From contig JAYTSD010000021.1 of the NCBI GenBank assembly GCA_043745805.1, forward strand, positions 1 to 60,384: a stretch of DNA of 60,384 nucleotides. Reading direction: 5' to 3'. This DNA comes from Fibrobacteria bacterium. Its GTDB lineage: Bacteria; Fibrobacterota; Fibrobacteria; UBA11236. This document shows, in pieces, positions 7,974 to 18,315 of the stretch. Within the stretch, counting starts at the first letter, position 1. Every line of letters starts with the position of its first letter. The notes beneath the pieces are model-generated. The model worked only from the letters and a program-made list of their open reading frames with translations. It did not search any database and was not told where the DNA came from. The translations under genes were made by a program, and so were the position numbers.

Positions 7974-9512
7974 TTACAGTGATTTAAGCCAGGATTTGAC
8001 CATTTGTTGATCATTATCTTGTTGGCCCGAGGGAAGTTCTAAATATTTTTGAAAAGCGGCACGCGCCTGTATTTTATGGGATGGAGTAGTTTGCGCATTT
8101 AATTTGCGATCCTCTTGCATATAAAGTTGGCCGAGCAATAAATAATACCGTGCTTGATTCTCAGGATTCATTTTATTTAGCCAAGGTTCAATTTGTACTA
8201 AATCACCTTGCGCCATATTCAACATATCTTGGTTTAAATAAATTTCCACGCGCAAGGCAGCGATAGTAGGATGAAAAGCAATATTCAGTGCTTTGTTAAT
8301 CAAGAGTAAAGCATTTCCAGCATCTTTGGAGCTTTCCCAATAAGCCTTGCCTACCCGAAAATAAGCTTCCTGCTGCAATGGAATGGGTAAAGTATTAATC
8401 AAGTTTTTTGCATCTTCAATTTTATGTTCTTCCAATAAAGCGTCAATCCCTTGCAAATCTTTGGACGAAGCCATTTTAGGAATTGAAGTCGTGGAATGCA
8501 GTAACAAAAAAATTACCAAGCCTAAACCTAAAGCCATTAAAACAAAAAAGGTAGTCTTGGATTTCCAAGAGGTGGTTTCCGGCAATAACGCTTTAAACTC
8601 AGCCGTACCAAATTGACCACGAGTTAAAAATCCACCCACCACTTGAGCGGGCGTGACTTCTCCATGATAGAGGCGATAAATAGCGTGTACGGCATTTAAC
8701 ATTTCTGAGGCATTTTGATAACGTTGTGCAGGATTCTTTGCTAATGCTTTTTGCAAAACCTCTCTCACCGCAGGATCACTATCTTTCAGCTCTTCTTCAA
8801 TATTGGCGATATTCCATTTTAAAATATTTTCGATCACCGTGGTGCGGTTGTTACCCTGAAAGGGACGATGTCCTTTATACAATTCGAAAAAGATTACTCC
8901 GATAGCGAAAATATCAATAGACCGAGTGCTTAATTCACCGCGTAAACGTTCGGGCGCCATATAGGCTACACTGCCACTTATATTTTGCGTTTGTGAAAGT
9001 AAATCGGCGCCTAATTTAGCAATGCCAAAATCACAGATTACCGGCTGTCCCAATTTGCGAATCAAAATATTTTCGGGTTTTAAATCACGATGAATAACAC
9101 CGTCATATTCAACGCCATCGAATTCTAACTTGGCATTATGCGCATGTTCCAATCCTTCCAACACCGCATAGATAATAGCCAAAGCCACCGGTAAGGGAAA
9201 GCTATGGCGCTTTTCTAAATGTTGCCTTAAGCTCAAGCCATCGATAAATTCCATTTCGATTTGCAATTTGCTATCGGTTTGTGTGACATCATAAATATGT
9301 ACAATAGCGGGGTGTTTTAAATTAGCTGCAAGTTGCGCTTCGAGTTGAAACTTTGCTTTGCGTTTTTTATCCAGCATCATACTTTGATGCAAAATTTTTA
9401 AAACGCGAAGTTCATTGAGCGCCTGATGCTTGGCCAGATAAACATCCGCTGATGAACCTTGCCCCAATATCTTTACGATCTCGTAGCGGGCATCAGCAAT
9501 TTCGGTTAACAT
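7974..9512 (-). CDS. Hanks-type Ser/Thr protein kinase with TM helix and TPR-like extracytoplasmic region
   Basis: LGQGSSADVY, HRDLKPEN, DFG, YMAPE. Hydrophobic stretch FFVLMALGLGLVIFLLL. Confidence 0.93.
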   Translation of the reverse strand: MLTEIADARYEIVKILGQGSSADVYLAKHQALNELRVLKILHQSMMLDKKRKAKFQLEAQLAANLKHPAIVHIYDVTQTDSKLQIEMEFIDGLSLRQHLEKRHSFPLPVALAIIYAVLEGLEHAHNAKLEFDGVEYDGVIHRDLKPENILIRKLGQPVICDFGIAKLGADLLSQTQNISGSVAYMAPERLRGELSTRSIDIFAIGVIFFELYKGHRPFQGNNRTTVIENILKWNIANIEEELKDSDPAVREVLQKALAKNPAQRYQNASEMLNAVHAIYRLYHGEVTPAQVVGGFLTRGQFGTAEFKALLPETTSWKSKTTFFVLMALGLGLVIFLLLHSTTSIPKMASSKDLQGIDALLEEHKIEDAKNLINTLPIPLQQEAYFRVGKAYWESSKDAGNALLLINKALNIAFHPTIAALRVEIYLNQDMLNMAQGDLVQIEPWLNKMNPENQARYYLLLGQLYMQEDRKLNAQTTPSHKIQARAAFQKYLELPSGQQDNDQQMVKSWLKSL

Positions 9513-9524
9513 GTTTTGAATAAA

Positions 9525-10025
9525 TTATTCCTCGGCAGCTACCGACTCAATCAAGTTGAAGAATTCCTGCAAACCCGATCCCATCACAAAACGTTTTTGA
9601 CCTTCGGGAATATAATTCTTTAAGCCGCGTAAAATAAAACAGGGGATATCCACTTTTCCCTCGGCATGTAAAGCATCGAGTACGGCTTCGTATTGGGGTT
9701 TGTAAAAAAATATAGGCGAGCCTTCATGATCTTCTTCATCGAGCAAAATTTGTAGCCAGCTAGCCACTTCATTGCGCTCCACCCCATCAAAACCAATTTC
9801 CACCAAATCTTCCATTTTACCGGAGTCAATATTGGAATAAGTAATTTCTTCCAATATTCTCTGCGCTTGCTGCATATCTTCTTTTTCAATAAGCAGATGA
9901 TGTCTTGTATTTTGATAAGGATCGACTTCAATATGGCATTTTATTTGATGATGGGTAAGAAATTTTTCTAAGCGTTCGAGGGAATCTCTCTCGAAGCTTG
10001 AAGCAATATGAACCAACTCTGCCAT
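9525..10025 (-). CDS. Hypothetical protein, DUF2007-like N-terminus
   Basis: In-operon ORF. L...I.C.I...LLIEKEDMQQAQRIL resembles DUF2007. Confidence 0.6.
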   Translation of the reverse strand: MAELVHIASSFERDSLERLEKFLTHHQIKCHIEVDPYQNTRHHLLIEKEDMQQAQRILEEITYSNIDSGKMEDLVEIGFDGVERNEVASWLQILLDEEDHEGSPIFFYKPQYEAVLDALHAEGKVDIPCFILRGLKNYIPEGQKRFVMGSGLQEFFNLIESVAAEE

Positions 10026-10108
10026 GGTGCCTAAAAGTTAACTTTTAAAAACCGGATTAGCAAAAAATCCGCTCGCATTTATAGGGTCATGGATAATTAA
10101 AGTATTTC

Positions 10109-11911
10109 TCATTTGATGGCAGGGATCTGGAAAGAAGGTTTGCGTAAATCTTCCAGCTCCGAAACTTCGCGCGCTTTGATTTGCACGGTATCAATCCCTC
10201 GCCGATAACCTTCTTGCTCATGCCAAGGTAAAAGCGTTCCCGCATTCCATAGCCCATCCCCATTTTTATCCTGAAAATATTCCAAATGATAGGCGCCAAC
10301 AGGAATACTATCTATAAGCATTTCTTCGCGTGGGATAATTTTACGAATCTCGGTAGGACCAAAATTTTGTGTCAGCAATAAAGTCCAGCCGAAGAGTACC
10401 TTGTCTAATTTAAGTTTCAACAAACCCCATTGCGAAGATTTAATAGGCTTAAAGCTTTCGAGAGGAGCAATATCCATCTTTGTCGAACTATCCATTTGCT
10501 TTGTGAGTTTTTTCCAACCGAAATTTAAGGTCTCGTCTTTCTCTTCGGGGAAAATATATTTCACAGTAAATTCATGTGTGTTTAAAGGTTGTATTTCAAA
10601 TGGATGAGTTACGGTATCGATTTTAAGCGAAAGGTTGGTTTTGATGGAAGTCAAAACAGTAGGAGTTAACGTTTTGGAAGAATAAATAGAAAAAGGATGA
10701 TTGGGGAAAAAATTGTCGCTGGGTAATTTTGCTCTCATGCCTAAATAATTGGCACCACCCAAAAAGAAAAATCGAATCGGCGTAGAGTCAATTTTAGCAC
10801 TTACTCTAAATTTTGCCCAATGCGACGTATCTGCTAGGTTACCGTAATTATCGCGCATACCCTGTAAGCGCAAAACATATTCACTATCACAAACCAAGCC
10901 GCTGGTCGATAATTCGATTTCACCGGTTTGTGGATTGCGATTTACACCCACAATATTCAAGGTATCTTTAAGATTATGGGCTATTAATCTATAAGCTGAT
11001 TTCAACAAAGACTCTTGTGGGTGAGGTTCTCGATTAAATTTTACACGGATAATTCCTTGTGCTTTTTTCTCCGCTACACTTTCACTCAACCACTCGGCGG
11101 CCTGTAATTTCAAGCTTGCCGTATCATAAGCGGCCAAAGTCAATTGTAAAACATCACCCTTATTTTTTTTCACCTCACGGTGAAAATTTCCGATGGCCAA
11201 ATTTTCCGAACCTAAATTTGGGAATTGATTTTGATTCAAATCTTGAAAGGCTATCACAGCGTAACTTCCAGGTTTTATACCCGAAAGATGAAAGCGACCG
11301 GCAGAGTCCGTAGCGCAAATGTACATAGGACGTTCTTTATGAATTTGTGGTAAGGTATCGGGCGATACCAAACTATCATGGTGCATTTGCAAATACCCTA
11401 AGGAAAATCGATCCGACGAATTAGGATACATCGCCACCAAGGTATTGGTAGGTGCGCCTTTAATTCCCAATCCACCCACCCATCCGGTAATTTCTCCCGA
11501 ATCAATTTCTGGGCCGGTAGAAAAAATTATTTGATAATTATCTTTTAATCGCAAGCCATTGAGATCCGCAATATTATTAAGGCTTAAGCTATAAGTTGTT
11601 TTGGGTTCCAGCTGCGCTTCGGACGTCAATTCTAGGCGATTGCCTAAGGCCTTAACATGAATTTTTTTGGCTAACGGTGGCGATAGCAATACTTGATTTT
11701 TTTCCAAATGGGCATTAACCCATTCCGAAAATTCGAATTGTGCATTTAAATCGCGAGAAAGATTTACTGCATTGGGGGCAGGGTAAACTGCCACGACACG
11801 AGGCAAAGTAGTGTCCACGGGTCCACCTGGAGGTGCTTCCATATGGGCACAGCGCCAAAATCCCCAAGCTAGGCCAAGGAGTGTAGCCCTATAAACGGGG
11901 CGAAACTTCAT
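10109..11911 (-). CDS. Ig-like (Big_5) domain lipoprotein
   Basis: CA....P.GGPVDTT.P.V, FEFSEWV, FSTG..IDSG, two D.N.[DN] Ca-type motifs. Confidence 0.82.
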   Translation of the reverse strand: MKFRPVYRATLLGLAWGFWRCAHMEAPPGGPVDTTLPRVVAVYPAPNAVNLSRDLNAQFEFSEWVNAHLEKNQVLLSPPLAKKIHVKALGNRLELTSEAQLEPKTTYSLSLNNIADLNGLRLKDNYQIIFSTGPEIDSGEITGWVGGLGIKGAPTNTLVAMYPNSSDRFSLGYLQMHHDSLVSPDTLPQIHKERPMYICATDSAGRFHLSGIKPGSYAVIAFQDLNQNQFPNLGSENLAIGNFHREVKKNKGDVLQLTLAAYDTASLKLQAAEWLSESVAEKKAQGIIRVKFNREPHPQESLLKSAYRLIAHNLKDTLNIVGVNRNPQTGEIELSTSGLVCDSEYVLRLQGMRDNYGNLADTSHWAKFRVSAKIDSTPIRFFFLGGANYLGMRAKLPSDNFFPNHPFSIYSSKTLTPTVLTSIKTNLSLKIDTVTHPFEIQPLNTHEFTVKYIFPEEKDETLNFGWKKLTKQMDSSTKMDIAPLESFKPIKSSQWGLLKLKLDKVLFGWTLLLTQNFGPTEIRKIIPREEMLIDSIPVGAYHLEYFQDKNGDGLWNAGTLLPWHEQEGYRRGIDTVQIKAREVSELEDLRKPSFQIPAIK

Positions 11912-13209
11912 TCAATTAATTTTCCTATGCGTGACCATCGAATTTTACCTGGAATAGTTAACCAGCTAAACGGATTGGTAAATGAAAATGCATTGTCCTC
12001 ATTCTCGAAGGAGAAATACACAATAAAAGCTTTGGCTTTTACATAATCTTGCGAAAGCAATCCCCAGTATCGGCCATCTGAACTATTGTCACGATTATCA
12101 CCCATCATGAAGTAACATTTTTTTTGAATACGGTATTGCTTTACTTTTTGACCGTCGATGACCAATGAAGGAATGATGCGATATTTTTTTCCAAGTTGCG
12201 CGCCTTGGCCACGAATGTTTTGTCCAATTAATTCCAAATAATGGCCCATAAAATATTCACCCATTTCCACGCGTTTTTGACCTGGCTGAGTTTGCACTCC
12301 AAAGGCAGGTAAATCGTTAGTGCGAATAAATCCCGTGCGCGCAATATTTTGAATAGCCGAGAAAGGAATATTTTCAGCATGAATATAAGGCACACCACCC
12401 GGCCCCATCACTTGCTCCCAGCGATAATTCAATAAAGCAAACACAGCATAATGGGAACGAATACGCGTATCCCCATTGAGATAAGGTAAAACATAATTAT
12501 TGTCGATGACCGAATCTTTTTGCATGTCCAATTGTAATTCCACTTTGCTATCGGGATTTTCTTGATAGGCTATAGACTTAATCCACACGGCTTCGCGTAA
12601 ACTTAAAGTGTCAAAATCGTAAGTTTCATCGGGACTAGGAAGACGAAAGTTTAAAGTGTCGCGCTGGGGATCAAATTCACGAAAATCGATAAATTTCCCA
12701 TGCGGAGGTAGAGGTGAATCTTTGCCATCAATGAATAGTTTTTTACCCGAAACAGTTAAGGTTTGTCCGCTTTTAGCCACACAACGTTTGATAAAGTCTT
12801 TGGGCATGTACCATACCATTCGATTCTCACCCTCAGCAGGATGCCTATCCCAATACAAATTACCGAAGAGGAATAGGTTCGCCACAAATTGATAACGTTC
12901 CTTATCCCCTTGCGGATATTCGGGATCACCTGGATATTTAAAAATCAAAACATCGCCAGGATGCGGCTCCGTCAGAGCAGGTAATTTTTTGTGAGAAAAA
13001 GGAATGGGTGCGCCATAAATAAATTTTAAGCCTAAAAGAAAATCGCCTATGAGTAAGGAGTCTTCCATAGACGCGGAAGGAATTTTAAATGCTTGTATTA
13101 CAAATTGTATGACAATCAATGCCATAAGTATAGGGATGAGTATTTCCTTGGTGAAAACTCTCCCCGCTTTGCGAATATCGGGATATTTTTTTTCTGAATC
13201 TTTCACCAT
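11908..13209 (-). CDS. lepB: Signal peptidase I
   Basis: AFKIPSASME (Ser), DFIKR (Lys), MMGDNRDNSSDGRYWG. Confidence 0.95.
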   Translation of the reverse strand: MVKDSEKKYPDIRKAGRVFTKEILIPILMALIVIQFVIQAFKIPSASMEDSLLIGDFLLGLKFIYGAPIPFSHKKLPALTEPHPGDVLIFKYPGDPEYPQGDKERYQFVANLFLFGNLYWDRHPAEGENRMVWYMPKDFIKRCVAKSGQTLTVSGKKLFIDGKDSPLPPHGKFIDFREFDPQRDTLNFRLPSPDETYDFDTLSLREAVWIKSIAYQENPDSKVELQLDMQKDSVIDNNYVLPYLNGDTRIRSHYAVFALLNYRWEQVMGPGGVPYIHAENIPFSAIQNIARTGFIRTNDLPAFGVQTQPGQKRVEMGEYFMGHYLELIGQNIRGQGAQLGKKYRIIPSLVIDGQKVKQYRIQKKCYFMMGDNRDNSSDGRYWGLLSQDYVKAKAFIVYFSFENEDNAFSFTNPFSWLTIPGKIRWSRIGKLIE

Positions 13210-13405
13210 GTTTGCCTTGAGTTACGTTAAGAATTTGAAAAATTTGAAGTGTTCATAGCTTATGTTTTTTGCTTATTGATTTGCTTATGCTGGCTAAAAT
13301 ACAAACCTAGGGTCAAGTTGTCTCTATTTTGAAATGCAGGCATTCATTGCATTCGTAATTCATGGATGCGTATAATGGAGAGTAGCGTTTTACAGGGGGC
13401 TTATC

Positions 13406-13606
13406 ATGGGAGAAAATCATAAACTTTTTGATGAAAATATCGTGAAGGAAATCATGATATCCACGGCACTATGCGTGAAAGAGCTTTTGTTAGATGATCC
13501 TAAAGCTAAAGAAGATGAGATTTATGAGTTTGTAGAAAGCAATTATCGCAATATTATTACCGAAACTTTAACCGCTGAAGCCGAAAAAGAAGTCGACGAA
13601 GAATAA
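13406..13606 (+). CDS. Small acidic hypothetical protein
   Basis: AGGGGG RBS and coding-like composition. Confidence 0.7.
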   Translation: MGENHKLFDENIVKEIMISTALCVKELLLDDPKAKEDEIYEFVESNYRNIITETLTAEAEKEVDEE

Positions 13607-13733
13607 TTAATCGTCATTTTTAGCTTAATTTAAGCAAAACAGACCCATTCAATGCCAATTTTGCCCCAGAGTTGTACATTATCCAACCATTAAACCAATC
13701 CTCGGATGGATTAAGTTAAGCAAAGGATTTTGC

Positions 13734-14042
13734 ATGTCGGGTAGTTTTTTAGACAAATTAAAAAAATCGGTTATCGCTGGTGCGCAAACATCGGCGATTA
13801 AAATTGAAGAAGCCGCGCGTACGGCTAAGCTGCATTTAGATATTATGGCAGAAAAAAGACGTTTATCACAAAACTATACCGAACTCGGTAAAGAAGCGCA
13901 TCTGGCCTTATTAGAAAATTCCATCGCACAATTTTCCGCAAGACCTGGAATTGATATCTTACAAAACCAAATCGAAAAATGTAAGCGCACTATTTTGGAT
14001 TTGGAGTTCAAAGTCATGGAATCCCAGAAAAAAAACAAATAA
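13734..14042 (+). CDS. Small helical/coiled-coil hypothetical protein
   Basis: AAGGA RBS. SFLDKLKK...Y.ELGK pattern. Confidence 0.7.
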   Translation: MSGSFLDKLKKSVIAGAQTSAIKIEEAARTAKLHLDIMAEKRRLSQNYTELGKEAHLALLENSIAQFSARPGIDILQNQIEKCKRTILDLEFKVMESQKKNK

Positions 14043-14057
14043 TTTCCAGTTACTCGT

Positions 14058-14987
14058 ATGCCGTATAAGTTTCGCATACGCCTATATCCCACGGACACTT
14101 CGCGTGTTAAGGAAATTGCCTTTTCGCGTAAATGGGGATGGTTTATGGCTATTAGCCTCATTCCACTCAGCATGCTGGGTTATTGGCTAGTTTTTTCCTC
14201 TGCGCTCAAAGAAGAAAAAGATCAGCATTTGTTGCGTCAAAAATTAGCTGGAGAAAATCGCGAACTAAAGCAACAGGTCAAAAGCTTGCATAAAGATCTT
14301 TTGCAAATGCAATCCGAAATCAATGCCTTAGAAGAACAGAAACTCAATGCTCTTTTGCTCACGGGTTTGGAATACATGCAAACCGAAAATAAAAAAACCA
14401 ATCGCTCTTTATTTTCCTTTTTTAAATCCTCTCACAATGAGGATGTTGATGTGTCGGCCTTATTAACTAAAGCCAAAGGAGTATCCCATGCGCTCGACTC
14501 CTCTTTAGAACTATTGCAAGGGCATGCCGAATGGGTAAAGCATATTCCCACCTCTCCCCTCATTGAATCACCTGCGATTATTATTCGTGGTTTTGGCTAT
14601 TCGCCCGATCCTTTTACCGGTCGCAAAAGCTTTCATGCAGGAATTGATTTTGCCGACAAACTAGGCACTGCTTTTTTTTCTCCAGGCGATGGCTTAGTCA
14701 CCGCCGTCGCCCGAGACAATATATGGGGCCTTTATATTCAAATCGATCATGGAAAACAAGTGGAAACTCTTTATGCCCATTTACAGGATGCTGCGGTAAA
14801 TGTGGGGCAATTAGTTTTGCGCGGACAAAAATTAGGAACCGTAGGAAACTCGGGAATTACCACCGGATCGCATTTGCATTATGAATTGAGTTTAGCCGGA
14901 GAAAAAACTGATCCCTTAATCTACATTCTACCCAAGCTCAATAGCGGCAATGAAAGGCCAAGTGTGGAGAATGAGGGTTCAATATGA
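14058..14987 (+). CDS. M23 family metallopeptidase
   Basis: TM plus coiled coil. HAGIDF, YAHL, HLHYE. Confidence 0.92.
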   Translation: MPYKFRIRLYPTDTSRVKEIAFSRKWGWFMAISLIPLSMLGYWLVFSSALKEEKDQHLLRQKLAGENRELKQQVKSLHKDLLQMQSEINALEEQKLNALLLTGLEYMQTENKKTNRSLFSFFKSSHNEDVDVSALLTKAKGVSHALDSSLELLQGHAEWVKHIPTSPLIESPAIIIRGFGYSPDPFTGRKSFHAGIDFADKLGTAFFSPGDGLVTAVARDNIWGLYIQIDHGKQVETLYAHLQDAAVNVGQLVLRGQKLGTVGNSGITTGSHLHYELSLAGEKTDPLIYILPKLNSGNERPSVENEGSI

Positions 14988-16186
14988 ATAAGCTGAATAA
15001 GTCGCCCAATCCTCAGGAAAACATTCCTGCATCGCTCCTAGATTATACGTGTAATATCCGTCATGATTTACATAAAAACCCTGAACTTTCTTTAAATGAA
15101 TTTCATACCACCCAAAGGGTTGAAAGCGAGTTAAAAAAAATGGGCTTGGAGGTTTTACCTCGTTTAGGGCCCACGGGAGTTGTGGCCTTATGGCCAGGAA
15201 TGGATCGTAATCGCTCAGTAGCTTTACGCGCCGATATGGATGCCTTGCCCATGCAGGAAAAATCGGGAAAAGCTTGGACTTCGCAAAACCCCGGTATTAT
15301 GCATGCCTGTGGACATGACGGCCATACGGCTATTTTATTAGGGGTAGCCAAGGCGTTAACTCTTACACAAAAAAAATATCCTTGCGACATTACTTTAGTA
15401 TTTCAACCCGCCGAAGAATCGGGTCATGGTGCAAAACATATGTTGGATTGCGGATGGTTAAGCCACCCAAAACCCGAAGCTATTTTTGCTTTGCATGGCT
15501 GGCCCTCTTTACCGCAAGGAACGGCTTGTGTGCATGCGGGACCAATGATGGCCTCGGTGGATAATTTCGAAATTTTAATCACCGGGCGCGGTGGACATGG
15601 CGCTCAGCCGCAGTTTACTCTCGATCCTATTGTTTTGGCCGCACAGCTAGTTACTTTAAGTCAGTCCCTGATTAGTCGTGGCCTTGATCCTGCGGAAACG
15701 GCCGTACTCACCTTCGGACAAATCGAAGGTGGAACGACTTTTAATGTGATTCCCGATACCTGCATGTTACGGGGTACCCTGCGCACCCATGCTAATGAAA
15801 TCCGCCTCGACTTGAAGGAAAAAATAACGGCTCTATGCAATCATATGGGCCAAAGTTTTGGACAAGAGGTAAAATTAATTTGGGTAGAAGCGTGTCCTGC
15901 CACAGTGAATAATGCACTCATGGCGGAAATTGTGAGACGTGCAATTTATAGTGAATTAGGCAATGCGGGTTTCTATTTGGAAAAACCTAGTATGGCGGGA
16001 GAAGATTTTTCTGTCTTTTTGGAAAGCATTCCGGGTGCTTATTTTTGGCTAGGATTAGGATTAGAACAAGGCTCTTTGCATAATGCCCGCTTTGATTTTA
16101 ATGATGCGGCCTTGGAAACCGGTATGCGTTTATTTCTCGCCGTGCTCGTCGAGTATTTTGCTGGCTTTCCTCAAGAAGCCATTTAA
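14984..16186 (+). CDS. M20D family amidohydrolase
   Basis: LRADMDALP, MHACGHDGH, FQPAEE, GEDF, LHN. Confidence 0.93.
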   Translation: MNKLNKSPNPQENIPASLLDYTCNIRHDLHKNPELSLNEFHTTQRVESELKKMGLEVLPRLGPTGVVALWPGMDRNRSVALRADMDALPMQEKSGKAWTSQNPGIMHACGHDGHTAILLGVAKALTLTQKKYPCDITLVFQPAEESGHGAKHMLDCGWLSHPKPEAIFALHGWPSLPQGTACVHAGPMMASVDNFEILITGRGGHGAQPQFTLDPIVLAAQLVTLSQSLISRGLDPAETAVLTFGQIEGGTTFNVIPDTCMLRGTLRTHANEIRLDLKEKITALCNHMGQSFGQEVKLIWVEACPATVNNALMAEIVRRAIYSELGNAGFYLEKPSMAGEDFSVFLESIPGAYFWLGLGLEQGSLHNARFDFNDAALETGMRLFLAVLVEYFAGFPQEAI

Positions 16187-17721
16187 CGCTTAGGTAAATA
16201 CGGCAACCACGCATCGGGACCGTTTACTTTACGCAACCATTCTTTTCGGTTCAATTCAATTAAATCTTCATGCGATGAGGTTCTATTCGCCGCTTGCTTG
16301 GCATTTACTTTAATATTGGTTTTTGCTAAAAGCAAACCCACACTGACCGCTTTATTTAATTCCGCTTTACCTGAGCTATCCACAGCATAGTCGGGTTCAA
16401 TGCCTTTACCATGATAATCATCCCCATCTCCCCCATAAAAATGCAAAGTGGTAATTAAGGCTAGTCCTTTAGCATAAGTATCAACCACGCTTTGTCCAAT
16501 CCCTTTACCATAGGTTTTATGCCCAACTAAGGGCGCATGTAAATTTTCTTTTAGGGCCGAAACAAAAATTTCGGAAGCGCTAGCGGAACCACCATTCGCT
16601 AATAAAACAAATTTACGGTTTTCCCCATGCCCACCTTCATTGGCAAAATAATCATGATGTGAAAGCACCGGCACTCCCGCTTTGGAATCAAAATCCCTAT
16701 CCAGTTGGCGAATAATGATTCCCGTACTTAAAACCTCTTGACACATATCTATTACTTCAGTAACCGATCCGCCCCCATTATCACGCAAATCAATGATTGT
16801 AACTGGAAAGTTACGAGTAACTAATAAGGCATCGACAAATTCAGAGGCCGTAGATTTTCCTTCAAGAGTTTTGCTGGTAAAAGAAAAAACTGCAATATAA
16901 CCTAGGCCATTTAAAGAATCGGTCATTACGCTTGGAAAGCTTATCGTCGCTTTGGACAATACAAGGGTTTGCAAATTTTGATTTAACAATACCGTAAACA
17001 CAAAAGGGCCATCCCCTTGCACAAAGCGATAAAAACGCGACCCGGCTGAATCCCCAATAACCGAAGAATCATTGATGGCAAGAATTCGCATCCCTGTTTT
17101 TAATCCCGCTTTTTGCGCAGGCGATATCACCACCACTTGCCTGATCATTAAGGTATCCTGCGTGTCAACAAGCTCCATGCGAATACCAAAACCTTTGGAA
17201 TCACTAGTGAGTATCCGTTGTTTTAGCGCTCCCGCAGAGGTGCTATCAAAGTAGCGGGTAAATTGATCTTTCATTTCAATGGCGGCATAGAGTTTTTTTA
17301 CATCATTTGCCATTCCTGTAGTATCTGGCAAATCGCTTTGAAAATAAAATAACGTGCGTAAATAAAAATAATTCCATTGAAATTCTCGTTCCGCGGACCA
17401 ACTACCAAAGTCCTGTGAACTGAATTTATAGCGTAAGAGCTTTCCCGTAAGATAGTCTTTTACCAAGGGATTATTTTCCTCTTTTTGTAGGACTCCTGCT
17501 GCTCCAGGGGCGAGGGTACGTGACAATCGAGGCAAAAACAAATCGAATGTTTGGTCCGGAATTCCATTGATCTTTAGGCTATCAAGCACGGCAATATTAT
17601 CGGCTTTATAATCTGGATTGGAGTCGGTAGTGAAAACACAACCGAAAAAACTCGAAGCACAAAATAAGGTCCAAAAACCAAATCTCAGCAGTGAAAAAAA
17701 ATGTTTGAATTGAGATGTCAT
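16183..17721 (-). CDS. S41 family peptidase (PDZ), lipoprotein
   Basis: Lipobox FFGC, GFGI PDZ, DLRDNGGG, SASASE, TYGKG. ATG 17721 preferred over 17769. Confidence 0.9.
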   Translation of the reverse strand: MTSQFKHFFSLLRFGFWTLFCASSFFGCVFTTDSNPDYKADNIAVLDSLKINGIPDQTFDLFLPRLSRTLAPGAAGVLQKEENNPLVKDYLTGKLLRYKFSSQDFGSWSAEREFQWNYFYLRTLFYFQSDLPDTTGMANDVKKLYAAIEMKDQFTRYFDSTSAGALKQRILTSDSKGFGIRMELVDTQDTLMIRQVVVISPAQKAGLKTGMRILAINDSSVIGDSAGSRFYRFVQGDGPFVFTVLLNQNLQTLVLSKATISFPSVMTDSLNGLGYIAVFSFTSKTLEGKSTASEFVDALLVTRNFPVTIIDLRDNGGGSVTEVIDMCQEVLSTGIIIRQLDRDFDSKAGVPVLSHHDYFANEGGHGENRKFVLLANGGSASASEIFVSALKENLHAPLVGHKTYGKGIGQSVVDTYAKGLALITTLHFYGGDGDDYHGKGIEPDYAVDSSGKAELNKAVSVGLLLAKTNIKVNAKQAANRTSSHEDLIELNRKEWLRKVNGPDAWLPYLPKR

Positions 17722-17847
17722 CGTGTAATTATAGCTTAGGAAAACCCAAGCTGGACTGAACTTTCCCAAAAGAATCCTATTAAATTGGAAGTAATAACTG
17801 AAGTAGCAGATTTATAACATGATCTTTTCAATTCCGCATAAAATCGG

Positions 17848-17875
17848 TTGACAAAACTCAGATTCTTGCTATCTT
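17848..17875 (+). promoter_or_regulatory. Sigma70-type promoter with extended -10
   Basis: TTGACA-16nt-TATCTT with TG. Confidence 0.6.
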
Positions 17876-17927
17876 TTCAGCTCAATGTATTGTGCCGCCT
17901 TCGGTCCCAAAAAAAAGGTTACACCGC

Positions 17928-18311
17928 ATGCAACTGCCTAAGTATAAAAAGAAAAAACGTATCAAGCTCAAAGTTTGCCAAGAACCAGGTTGTGGTCGCG
18001 AATTTTGGGGTCATCCTATCGCCAAATATTGCGAATTACATCGCGATATTAAACAAAGAGCGAAACATAAGAAGGAATTCGAAAGCGTTGATGTTAAAAA
18101 CATGGTTTTCAAGCACAACTATACCGAAGTGCTGGACCTTGAATTTCGTTGCTGCCTAGACGGTTGTGAAACCAAATACATTGTGAAGGTATTCCCTAAG
18201 CAATTCGTATATCCTCGTTATTGCCTTGAACATCGCAATGATTTCCGTCGGGCTAATTTTGTTCGTGTGCAAAGACGTAAATCACGTCTCATGTCCGCTT
18301 CCACTCACTAA
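17928..18311 (+). CDS. Basic protein with two Cx4C...CxxH putative zinc sites
   Basis: CQEPGC..CELH and CLDGC..CLEH, Lys/Arg-rich termini. ATG 17928 follows AAGG. Confidence 0.8.
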   Translation: MQLPKYKKKKRIKLKVCQEPGCGREFWGHPIAKYCELHRDIKQRAKHKKEFESVDVKNMVFKHNYTEVLDLEFRCCLDGCETKYIVKVFPKQFVYPRYCLEHRNDFRRANFVRVQRRKSRLMSASTH

Positions 18312-18315
18312 AAAC

